From: Nitrospirales bacterium | GTDB lineage: Bacteria; Nitrospirota; Nitrospiria; Nitrospirales; UBA8639 | Assembly (NCBI GenBank): GCA_965203295.1 | Contig: CBDBCZ010000013.1 | Span: 672,001-736,000, forward strand | Direction of reading: 5' to 3' | Length of the DNA stretch: 64,000 nt | Part shown: one piece after another, positions 10,281 through 64,000 of the stretch | Position numbering within the stretch: position 1 is the stretch's first letter | Layout: each line of letters starts with the position of its first letter | Translations under genes and position numbers: made by a program | Notes under the pieces: model-generated | What the model was told of the DNA's origin: nothing | Databases searched by the model: none | The model's input: the letters and a program-made list of their open reading frames with translations, nothing else

Positions 10281-13200
10281 ATGATCCTGTTCAAGTTTGT
10301 ACAACTGGTCTTATTGTTCCCTGGACTCTATGTTGGTAGGCCAACCCTCTATATGTTTTGCTACAATCATGCACTTGTATGGATGAACAGTCTAGCTAAC
10401 TATGTACCCTTGCTCAACTGTTTCTCTTGGTGCACTATACAGTTCAAATCGTGATACCCATTTAGCATTAAAAAATCTCTGGCTTGTGTATGGCTAGAAA
10501 TGAATTACTGATTCTGGCCGCAGGTGCTCGGATGGTATTCAGTGGACCAGGCTTCAATGGATGGCAGAGTATCCCAGACCATGCCTTTGTCCGCCACAAC
10601 CAGATTGCCAACGATGAAAATAGAATGTACGTGGCATGTTCTGCATATACTGGGCCATGGTTCTTCCCAAATGGGACTGAAGTTCTTAGAGGCATGAGAA
10701 GTGGCTTCTGGATTGGCATCTATATGCAAACACTATTTCTTCACCGGAAAGAAGGAAACACTCCAAGTGGAATTTATCACTGTGAAGATGATTACAAAAA
10801 TTTGTATGTGGGTCTGTATGATACCAGTAGAGAAGGTAAGGCAAGCAATTGCAAGACATAAAGCACATGACAAATAATGAACTAGCTCAGTGACTGTACT
10901 GGTAGATGATATAGGTTGTCTACATGACTTAAATAAAGTTTACAGCATTCAACTTCATTTTTTTTGACAAATGATGGCACAGACGTTGGTGATCCTAATC
11001 CTACTGTGAATAAAATACAGTTTCACTTAACATCAAACTACAATGCTAAGACAGCAAAGTTTCAATTAAATTGCACTTCTAATGGTGGGCCTGCCACAAC
11101 GGTCACCTGGACAAGGGACGGAGAGGCTGTGTCTGGAGGCAACTTCACTGCCGCTCGGAGACTGGACGATCCGGTAACAGCTGCCTACACCCTCACACTG
11201 AGTGTTACCGGGAGACAAGGAGGTGTGTACAGGTGCCAGGTGGCCAAGAGTGGTCCAGGCGTGACAGGCGATCCAGTGATCAGCAGTATGGAGCTCGAAG
11301 TGAAAGGTAATCAAATTTCCTATTCTTGTAATCCATTACTGTAATTGACATAATTATGTGAGAGTTACGACTGGGTATCTATCCTTCAGTTGCCAGTCCA
11401 CCAACTGACTTCACTGCTGAGCAAGTAAATGAAACAACAGTTAGAATCTCATGGACACCACCAGCCTCCAAAGAGTCTGTTACTGGCTATCGAATATACT
11501 ACATGTATATGGCGACTGACAGCCAGGGTACCAGGAAGATGCATATGAATGCATCAGAAACAAATTGCAAGTTAATCCATGATCTTCAGGCAGGCCTCAA
11601 TTACTCCTTCACCATGGTGGCCCTCTCTGAACACCTTCCAAGTGAGGAGGTTGGTCCTATCAAAGCTGTGCCTGGTAAGTTATAAGTTCTTAGTTTGGTA
11701 TATTGGTATGCAACAAACATTGTACATATCATTTTCCATACAGCTATTCCCATGGTGATAACAATGGAAGTAACTACATCATCAGTTTGGTTACAATGGC
11801 TTCAACAGAGAGGTGTAAACCAACCTGATAGCCTAGAAATAGCATTTCAGTACACTGTGGGGTCTCTGCACAATAGATTCTGCGGGGACTATCAATACTG
11901 CCACTGTATTGATAGTCCCCGCAGAATCTATTGTTACCCTCGCAGAATCTATCGTTACCCTCGCTAATGGCAGTACACACCAATATAATATCACTGGTCT
12001 ACAAGAAGACAGCACCTATAGTATCACAATCGTGGCAGAAAATGAAGCTGGCAAGTCTGCCCCCAGTGAAGTTGTGATATCCACACTTCAAGCAGGTATG
12101 ATAATACATCTAGGTAGCAGAGGCAACAGAAGTCTCATACTTTTTCTTTTGATCTTCTTTCCAGCTCCATCTGGTACACCTCAAGAAGTAACTATAGTTG
12201 ATACTACTTCAACCAAAATTACAGTTCAGTGGAGGGAAGTTCCTTGCATTGAGCAAAATGGTGACATCATAGGCTATACTGTGCGCTATAGCATTTCTGG
12301 CAGTAATATAACTCTACGCAATTACTCTGATACAGTAGCCACTCTTGTTGATTTGACCCCACTTACTATCTACTCCATTGAAGTTGCAGCAGTCAATGTA
12401 AATGGTACCGGACCATTCAGCACACTTGTATACTTGAGAACAGATCGCGAAAGTAAGTGAATGCATAGACATAATAGTTTAAACTTACAATTTAGTCTAC
12501 TAGTCTGGCTTTTGAAAGTGTTCCCTAGCTCATGTCATTCATCTCAACCACATCAACTCCCTTTTCCCTCATGTATACGTGAGTGGTCCAAGCACACTTT
12601 CACTTTGACATGACCCTGCATGTGTGATCCGAGAAAGTGATATATTGTGGAAACTTTGACAGAGGTTTGAGTATAATTATAATCATGCTGAATGTATGCA
12701 TTACACTGATGTTGCAGCATTCATCGTAAACGGTATGGGACCACACGCCACACTTATCTAGCTACATGAGAACATGAAGTGATAATAAGTGGGTTTATTG
12801 AGCAACTCTTGAATTCATGTGGAAGTTCCCCTCATTTTTTGAGTTTGCACGTATAACTTGCAATTACTTTTCTTTACAGAACCACCTGTGGACAGTACTC
12901 CTATAATCATTGGTGCCGTGCTCAGTGTTATTGCAGCTGCTATAATCATCGTGATACTCACTAGAGTAGGTATTGCTAAATGTCGAGCTCCTAAGGTGAT
13001 GTCATCACAAGAAGATGTTCGGTAAGACAAGAGTTATGAAGTGCAGCAATGGAATACTGATTTACTTCTATAATTTCTCCTCCAGAGATACTGCTGCTAA
13101 GACTGAGTGTGTGGCCCTTGAAAGTGCTGGATCTGAGAATTTACAAGCCTGTGAATATGATGTGCCAGTACAGCCGTGCACTGCTTATGGTGTCATGTGA
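10281..13200 (+). pseudogene. Ig/FN3 receptor copy B (3 FN3); frameshifted, with an early stop in the last exon
   Basis: Exons 10281-10335, 10524-10835, 10983-11306, 11390-11674, 11744-12095, 12165-12452, 12880-13021 and 13086-13200. A net +46-nt insertion at 11899-11952 shifts the frame. TGA at 13198-13200 falls before the YVNP motif. Confidence 0.8.
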
Positions 13201-14681
13201 TCTACTGCCCGTGATCCTGAAAATTATGTAAACCCTGAACATGTGTATGTATCATTCTGTTTCCTAAAAAAAACTCTTGTGGTCAATTTTTTGTTTTGTT
13301 GTTGGTAGCTAACATACATGTGCACATTTGTACTATTCAATATTGTAATAGTAAGATGTTTACATGTACGTAAAGTGTGCAATGTACCAATAAATTTTGT
13401 ATGTGTAAAAGCACCATAGCTCTTTGACATATATAGATTATTTATGTGCAACAGTTGAGCCATTATAGCTATATAACTGTATTTGGTTTATAGAGGGCAT
13501 GAGCCATAGCTATAGCCCTAGAAGATATAGTATAATGTCCCATGGTTTAATATGATCACTGTTTTCAGTGTCAATACTGGTAACAGGAATTATAAAGTGT
13601 ACAGTCAGCAATTTATTAGCCTGTACATTTATTGTGTATTTATAATCATGCAAAATGTTGTGTAGAGCAAATATTAAATGCATGAAAACAAATTATATAC
13701 CATGGTACATCAGTTCAAGTTATATGACATTATACACGGTAATGATTCTGAAACTCTATTCAATTCATAAACTTAGAAAGAGATGAACGCAAATCATGCA
13801 CATGTTCTGCCATAGATAATATAGGCTATATTATCTATGGTTCTGCTAACTGCCAAGTCTGTTTGCATAGAGATGCAGGTAGCTGTGAGTTGGAGCTGAG
13901 GAATTGCATGGTGAGGCTGCAGGTTGAGGGCAATCAGCTAGTTGTGTCTGGTATGCCGGTTTCTTCACGTCTAGACGGTGAGCTCCCAGAGGACGATCGC
14001 AAGATGCTTGCTAAATGGCTGGTTATGGAAAAAGATCGCTTTGTGGCCCTTGTTGGAGTGCTGTATTAATTGTGGGGATCCAGGGTGTCAACATTATCTC
14101 AGAATAGAAGTTCTGAAGAAGCTGCTTGAACCAGGAAATGCATGCAGGTCCTTTTGGTAGTCACATTGCAGGTCCAGGGCTGTAAAATACTTTGGCACTG
14201 TGCTCCTGACGTGGTTCGGTAAGTTAGGTGATGTGGTTAGGTGGTGTCATTCATACTTGGCCTGTGAGGCTATCATGGTTGTGGTATATAGGAGAGGCCA
14301 AGCCTCCCTTACAACCGATACCGGTTGGGGCTCCCTTATGTACCAATACCAGTAAGCACAATCAGTATCAAAGGAGGGTACGATTAGGACTGTAAGTGCC
14401 ATCAAGGGTGATGAGGCCAAACTGTGTATAAGGAGTTGATGGGTTGTGATCAGAGGAAGCTGGATGCAGCCCTGGGACCTATGGATGCCATATCTAGTAG
14501 GGACCCCGAACTGTCAATGCCTGAATATAGGAATAAAAAGTGGGCCAAAGATCTATAGAGGTGCAGCTCTTTTTTGCAAGAGGTATAAGTTCATCCTTTC
14601 ATGCAGCTAAACCACTAGGTCTTGCTAAAAACGTATACTACCCCTGGCCTGTTACTCTGCTTACAAGTATCTATGCTCATG

Positions 14682-14772
14682 CACTTTCATCTCTGCTCAC
14701 CAATACATGTAGCGATCAAGTCTTTACACTTTCATCTCTGCTCACCCATACATGTAGCAATCAAGTCTTTAC
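14682..14772. repeat. 45-bp tandem duplication
   Basis: CACTTTCATCTCTGCTCACC(A/C)ATACATGTAGC(G/A)ATCAAGTCTTTA x2. Confidence 0.85.
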
Positions 14773-15141
14773 ACTTGGGAGTGCGGTTGACTTAGTATTG
14801 TACTGTTTAGGGGACTCTTAACTCCGTAGTAAGTACTTGATATGGTCGCAGCAGCCCGGAGAGGATAAGTTTCGAGACTTTTATGATACACACACACATA
14901 ATACAAGATCAGGGCTATTTTATAGCCAGAAACAATGGGGTGATGTGTGGCAGGCACATGCAGGGCAGGAGGCAAAGAACAATGGCACAGACAAGAACAG
15001 CCGCTGGCATAGACAAGAACACAGTATAAGACAGGTGGCATGGAGAGATGAGCATACATTGGTAAAATTAAACAATAGGGATCACTATTTCTATAACATA
15101 CAAGTTATTGTTCGTGGAAAGTATACATGCAAGAGTGCCAC

Positions 15142-16019
15142 CAGGGTTCTATCTACTGGGGGGGGGGGCGTGGGGGGGGGGGGGGGGGGGGCGGGGGGGA
15201 AAGTTCCCCCCCAAACACTCCAGCTTCCCCCCCAAAATTTCTGCCAATTTAAATTTAAATAAGTGAAAGTAGTGTCAAGAACTGTAACATACAGTGAGAA
15301 CATGATAATTTTATTCATGTGCTAGCTACTTCCAGTGTCCACTTGAGCATGTCTTCTTCACACTTATGTCATGTTTTTGCTACTACTTCCCCATTTGGTT
15401 AATTAATAACACTTCTTTTACTGTGGTTCACGTACTGCACTAGATGATTTTCGGCAGGGGAAACTTTGACTTAGCTACTTGCAATCTTTAAAGGACTTAC
15501 TTGCAATGTATGGTACACTAGCTAAGAATGTGTCTGTAATACCACAGCTACCTGGACCTCAAAACTGTCTTAAAATACCTCAGAACCACTCTCACAAGGC
15601 TCAAAGTTACAAAATTTTTCTGGGGGGGCATGCCCCCACACCCCCCTAGAAAACTCCGGCCTGTGCATTTGGTTAATTAATAACACTTCTTTTACTGTGG
15701 TTCACGTACTGCACTAGATGATTTTCGGCAGGGGAAACTTTGACTTAGCTACTTGCAATCTTTAAAGGACTTACTTGCAATGTATGGTACACTAGCTAAG
15801 AATGTGTCTGTAATACCACAGCTACCTGGACCTCAAAACTGTCTTAAAATGCCTCAGAACCACTCTCACAAGGCTCAAAGTTACAAAATATTTCTGGGGG
15901 GGCATGCCCCCACACCCCCCTAGAAAACTCCGGCCTGTGGTCGCAGCCCCCCCACCCCCCCACCATTAATTTCAAGCCTGATCTTCTCCCCCAAACTAAA
16001 AATCCTAGATAGAACCCTG
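15142..16019. mobile_element. Non-autonomous TIR element (hAT5-like) with an internal 274-bp tandem duplication
   Basis: TIR CAGGGTTCTATCTA/TAGATAGAACCCTG, 5-bp TSD GCCAC. Internal units 15392-15665 and 15666-15939 are near-identical. Carries the GGGGGCATGCCCCCA motif. Confidence 0.85.
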
Positions 16020-16215
16020 GCCACAGTGGAATAATGTGATTTGATAGATAAAAAGAGTCTGTGATTGTGTGTAGATGCAGCTAGACCACTATAGGTCTTG
16101 CCAAAAATGTTCCCTACACAGTGACTGTAATTAATTATTATTATTATGTGGTTGTAAGTTTGCTAAGGCGTCATTTCTTGCTAAAAGTCTCTGACTCTCA
16201 TTTTCTCCTCTTCTA

Positions 16216-46794
<30,579 letters not shown>

Positions 46795-46930
46795 GGTATG
46801 TTCCGCGCGAATCAGGAATTTGCGCAATCGGTCTAGAATTGCGCAAACTAGGAATCCACGTAATACTACTTTGGCGCGCAATCGCAGGCCTTTTAATAGA
46901 GACGCCCTTACAACTGGCCACTTCACAGCA

Positions 46931-47148
46931 TTCCCCGTCGTGTTGTTGCGGGTCCCACTTCATAGTTGAACATGCCCTTTTATGTCCAAAAGGTGGATAC
47001 CCATCGATTCCACACAATGATACCCAGGATTTCACCGCCCACGTCAAGACGGAAGTCTGCCAAAACGTGGCTGCATGTGTTGACTGCACTTTGTGTCTAA
47101 TTGATGGGTATCCACCTTTTGGACATGAAAGGGCATGCATGTTCAACT
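46931..47148. mobile_element. Non-LTR retrotransposon (CRE/R2-like) zinc-knuckle fragment with an inverted duplication
   Basis: Reads PSCCCGSHFIVEHALLCPKGGYPSIPHND..DFTAHVKTEVC. 46964-~47010 recurs inverted at ~47099-47148. Confidence 0.6.
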
Positions 47149-47677
47149 GTCACATCACATCACTCGATATAGTGTTAATATTATTGTCCTACTTTTGTGG
47201 ACTTATCAGTATTAAATTTGTCACTTAGCTGTAGGCCATTGCTTTCATGACCCATGCAGCGCCCACCTGAGTATGAAAAGGCGAACAAAGCACTCTACCA
47301 GTGGTACACCTTAGCATGCTTAAACTTTCACAGGTGCTCTTGCTATCTCCTTCTTTTCTGTTAGCTAAGCACCACCAGGATAAATGTTCTTTCAGGGTCA
47401 GGGTTGGTCGAAGAAATGGGAGAAGAGGTACAATGTGAAACAGTTGAAAGTCAATGGAGAATCAGCTGATGTCCAGGGAGAAAATGAGGATGCATGGAAA
47501 GAGAGGCTTCCAGAAAATTGCACTTGTGGCTCAATATAGGGACTACAAGAATTTTATAAAGTGACTTATAACCTGTTATAATGGTATAGGAATGGTTATT
47601 GAGTATATAGCAAATAATAAGCATGCAGGTAATAAGTAAATATAGAGGGCCATGGGTGGTTGTAGCAGTTATACATA

Positions 47678-48259
47678 CCGTAATTCGCTTTTTTTTCGTT
47701 TACTAAATTTTCGTGTAAAAAATATTCGTGTTAAAATATTTTCGTATAAATCAAATTGTACGAAAATATTTTTGTACGAAAAATTTTACAATTCGCGCGT
47801 GGTGGGCATTAATTGAGCAGGTCGCACCTCGTGCAGTATCGTGTTCGAGTTGGCTAGCCGCGGCGAGAAGGAGCTGGCTTGTTGTGTTAGAGGCTACCAC
47901 GTTTACAAAGATATATGGGCAGCAGCGATTGGAGAAGAGCTGGAGTGCAGCTGACGCTATCGCTGCAGACGGCAGGTTCGCAGCTAGGGATCCCCTTGGA
48001 TCTGGTAGCCCGTTGATGGGCTTCAGGTAGCGTCGAATGGACATGGCTCCACAAAGAAGACAGCAGTTCGATCACCTTCACTTGTTCACACGACAAAATA
48101 TCTATGTTCGCACGTACTGCGTCTACTACTATATACGCGTACTCGTTCTAAATATTCGTCGAAAAAATGTTTCGTTGTAAAATTATATTCGTGTAAAATA
48201 TTTTCGTATATTTTCTGCGTACGAAAATATTTTCACAACGAAAATTAAGCGAATTACGG
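47678..48259. mobile_element. TA-flanked MITE carrying a HIRAN-like coding fragment
   Basis: TIR CCGTAATTCGCTT/AAGCGAATTACGG with TA flanks. 47883-47948 reads CVRGYHVYKDIWAAAIGEELEC. Confidence 0.88.
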
Positions 48260-49188
48260 TACATGGCTATAGAGGGTTATAGGTGGTTATACATGCATGT
48301 GGTTATAGAGGGTTATACGTGGTTATACAGGGTTATATGTGGTTATACAGGGTTATTGGAGGTTATATACATGGTTATAGGTGGTTATACATGGTTATAG
48401 GTGGTTATAGAGGGTTATGCATGGTTATTTAATAGATAAACCACAGTAGCTGGGGATTTATGGCCATAAACAGCCCTCGCCCTCGGGCTAGGGCAGTTTA
48501 TGGACCTTATCCTACATTACATCATCTCTAATACATTTCATTGGACGAGAGCAGCAGGATATATAGGCGCCCAAAATATCCCCCCCTCGGCTGCGCCTCG
48601 GGTAAAACCGCATCCGCGGAGGATATATAGGCGCATATCCTCCGCTGTGACGTGTCTATCTGACTTATCCCACTACTGCGCATGTGCGTAACTATCGTGA
48701 AGTAGCTTGAGGTTATGTTACTAATATGTAACTAAGGAAGTACAGAACTGTAGTATATGAAACATGATCTACAACTTCCTGTCAGTATGGGATTTATTAC
48801 CCGTCTGTTACTATATATAGAAACAAGGGTGAAGTGGAGAATATGTATAGGGTAGATCGCGTCACAGCGGAGGATATGCGCCTATATATCCTCCGCGGAT
48901 GCGGTTTTACCCGAGGCGCAGCCGAGGGATAAAACCGTATCCATGGAGGATATTTTGGGCGCATATCCTCCGCTGGGGCGTGGTCTATCTGACTTATCCC
49001 ACTACTGCGCATGTGCGTAACTATCGTGAAGTAGCTTGAGCTCTATAACCATGTATAACCACCAATAACCATGTATAACCATGTATAACCACCAAGAACC
49101 ATGTATAACCCTCTATAACCATGTATAACCACCAATAACCATGTATGACCCTGTATAACTACGTATAACCCTGTATAACCACCAATAA

Positions 49189-49665
49189 CAGGGCCGTAGC
49201 CACCGGTCCGGTTGGTCCGGTTTTAACCGGACCACTTTCCGGGGCACCAAAAATTTTGTTATTGCGTGAAGCGTCGCGTGTTCAATTATCAAGTTCGCGC
49301 ACGTGTGAATTATCAAGTTCGAGAGCGATGGCAGAGAGTAGTTTGAAAGCGTCGCTTCCGAGTCTTCCTGACAAGCCTCATCATCCCAAGGAGCATGCCT
49401 ACGCCTTTGCGGAGCCGCGGCTTCTCAAGCTTCTGTGAGATTGCTAGCGAGCACTATATGGGTAAGTATTGCAGCAGGTCATCTAGCTCTTGCTTTTTAC
49501 TCAAAATTGCATCAGAAACGATCTCAGAAGGCCTAAAATCCAAAATTTTCCTGGGGGGCATGCCCCCAGACCCCCCTAGCAAGTGCGCTTCGCGCGTTTT
49601 ATATGCTACGCTCGTTTCAGATTATGGCCAACCGGACCACTTCAATTTTGGTGGCTACGGCCCTG
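49189..49665 (+). mobile_element. hAT5-like internally deleted element
   Basis: TIR CAGGGCCGTAGCCACC/GGTGGCTACGGCCCTG, 5-bp TSD AATAA. Retains MAESSLKASLPSLPDKPHHPK, resembling a hAT transposase N-terminus. Confidence 0.88.
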
Positions 49666-50392
49666 AATAACCCTCTATAACCATGTATAACCCTGTATAA
49701 CCCTCTATGGCCACCTATAACTGCCTAAAACCGTACCCTCAGGCTCGATAACCATGCCGTATACATCTCATTTATCCTCATTCTGTATCCATATTATTGC
49801 TCATTACCTGCATGCTTATTATTTGCTATAATATACTCAATAACCATTCCTACCATTATAACAGGTTATAAGTCACTATAAATTCTTTTTGTCCCTATAC
49901 TGCGCCTGGTCAAAGAAAATGTTAATGGCTATGCAGAGGAATACATATGGAACATGGATGAGACGGGAGTGTTTTGGCAGACTCTACCTGATTATGGTTT
50001 GGGCAAAAGGGGAAGCAATGTTACGGAGGCAAGAAGAGCAAGAAATGGGTAACTGTGGCTTTCTCTGTTTGTGTGGCAGGTTAGAAGCAGAAACTTATTC
50101 TTAACTATATGGAAATCTGACTCTCCAAGGTGTTTACAGAAGTTCAACAAGTTGGCTCTACCGGTTGATTACCTTGAACAGAAGAAAGCGCGGATGATGG
50201 GGGAGAATATATGGATGATGTCCTTATGAAGCTCAATAGGCACTTGCAATTGTCGTCCATGGAGCAATCACTCAATTCTATAGATAATGCTAGCTGCCAT
50301 CTTGAAAACATACCCTGTAATTCAACAACATACATCAAGGTTTCTTTTCTGTCCGCTAACAAAGATACAGCCACTTGACCTTGGCATATAAT

Positions 50393-50697
50393 TAGTGTTG
50401 TTTTAGTATGGCTTTACATAATTAGATTTAGTTTTAGTAAAAATGCTAGTGAAGAAGGAAATTTAGTTTTAGTTATAGTTAGTTAACTAAAAGGAAAAAA
50501 GGGTTACTAAAAGTGTTTTAGTTATAGTTAACCATAACTAAATGTGGAGATTCTGGTGAAAAAAGTATTAGTTTAGTTATAGTTTATTCTCAGAGGCCAA
50601 TACCCTTGAAGTTTTAGTTTTAGTTTGTTAACTAAATCTTTTTTTGCTCCAACTAAAACACTTTTTGTTTTAGTTCCAGTTAACTAAAACAACACTA
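50393..50697. mobile_element. hAT MITE
   Basis: 15-bp perfect TIR TAGTGTTGTTTTAGT, 8-bp TSD CATATAAT. Confidence 0.93.
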
Positions 50698-51743
50698 CAT
50701 ATAATTAAAGTCCACTACAGACACTTCTTCTTGAGATATGTGTTATCTAAGATAGAGTGTGATACAGCTTCTGACGTGTGGTAAAGTCGGTCAATATCCT
50801 CACTACACTGACAGGTGGGTAGCGAGGGCTTGGTCACTGGTATAGGAGCAGAAACTATTGCCAAGTGCTTTAGGAAGGGTGCAATTATGGCATCCTGAAT
50901 GCTGACCTTGATGTTATATCTTGCGATCTTGAGGAGGAAGCTCAAGATGACCCTTTGTTAGAGGTTGACAAGCGTATGGAAGTACAGAGCCTCATTGAGA
51001 AGACCATGCCTACTGATAGATGTAGTGTGGATGAGTGAATGGTGATCTTCTAGTATACATGGAGTTTGACAGTGACAGCTGAGAGGCTGACTTCTTGTGA
51101 CAGGAGGAACAGGAAGTAGCTGATGAAGAGGATGAAATGGACGTATAGAACCCCCTCCTCCAAAACTCCAGAATATCAAGGAGGTAGTACAGTCCCTTCG
51201 AGATGTTCAGCAGTTCGTAGAAAGTACAAGCTATATAGAAGTTCTACGAATCGATTCAGCAATAGACGTACCATGACCGTCTGGAAACTGAAATCCTCAG
51301 AACAGACCACTCTACATGACTACTTTCATAGCTGATCGTCATAGCTCATTATATATTGCTTAAAAGATAAGTAGATCAATAATTTGTATTAGTCTGGTGA
51401 TTTTTTAATGAAAAACAAACCTCTGAGACAGGGACGACCTCTCTGCAAGGGACAAAGCCATTTCCCCAAAGCGTCCCTTTCTCAGAGGTTCCACTGCAAT
51501 TGAACACTATGCAAGGCACCCTTATTGCAGAATGCCTGTCTGTCAGGATAAACACACAATGATGCGTTTAGTGCTCTGACATTAATTTTGTGTGCCTGCG
51601 CCAGTAAGCAGTTATTACTGCTATGTACTTGTAGAAAGGACTGGCTAACTGCTTGAAACCCTTGCACGCAACAACCTTACTATCCAAGTGTACTGCACAT
51701 TAACATTAGAAATGCATTAATATCATTAATAAGCTTATAATCT

Positions 51744-63796
<12,053 letters not shown>

Positions 63797-64000
63797 CTGG
63801 AGAGGGAGGAGAGGGGAAAATGGTGGCAAGGAGGTGGGAGTATTTATTTGGTTTGCTGGCATACCAGACCTGTTAATAGACCCTATACCATTATGATGCA
63901 ATGGGAGGAAAAGAGGCATTGAATGAAGAAAATACATGTACATGAAAACATGCATGTTTTTTTTTTGCTTTCGAGTAAATTTTAAAGCATCAAAACCAGT

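Larger units (their letters stand above)
47539..49895. mobile_element. Foldback-like element with long inverted arms containing minisatellite
   Basis: ~100-bp TIRs (GGGAC..AAGAATTT..GTGACTTATAACCTGTTATAATGG and its reverse complement) with TA flanks. (GGTTATA)-rich repeats at 48262-48428 mirror (TATAACC)-rich repeats at 49041-49720. Confidence 0.82.
47230..51496 (+). pseudogene. Tigger/pogo transposase relic interrupted by nested elements
   Basis: GWSKKW and WKERLPE before 47539; GYAEEYIWNMDETGVFW after 49895; IDNASCH near 50280. Right TIR GAGGTTCCACTG ends at 51496. Left end is approximate. Confidence 0.8.

Noticed and set aside
5101..11101. Exactly 6000-bp offset between the paralogous Ig exons
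   Set aside because: The offset changes at other exons; coincidence.
13863..14520. Possible coding or retroelement relic
   Set aside because: No motif I can assign on either strand and many stops; needs a tBLASTx search.

Overview
Intron-rich, transposon-dense animal DNA. The domain and repeat repertoire looks demosponge-like; that is an inference from my recognition of the families. Left to right: (1) the 3' part of a Ty3/Gypsy element (pol, PPT, 216-bp 3' LTR). (2) A tandem cluster of type-I receptors (signal peptide, variable N-terminal Ig-like domain, Ig, FN3 x3-4, TM, Tyr-motif tail) with one intact copy, one relic and one frameshifted copy. (3) On the minus strand, a reconstructable ~845-aa receptor tyrosine kinase whose ectodomain is nine LDL-receptor class A exons, each in a near-identical ~687-bp exon+intron tandem unit. 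Its putative 17.8-kb first intron is nearly filled by a TIR-bounded nest of transposons (Academ-type pseudogene, a LINE with 13-bp TSD, many MITEs). (4) A Tigger/pogo relic with a foldback-like element and further MITEs nested inside. (5) The 3' part of a SPAG1-like TPR/RPAP3_C gene on the minus strand. Most notable: LDLa exons that vary more than their homogenised introns, a hAT MITE that rebuilds the splice acceptor it inserted into, paralogous receptors differing in a sharply bounded N-terminal block, and a template-switch fold-back insertion. All gene models were spliced by eye from GT/AG sites and phase arithmetic; there is no transcript evidence.
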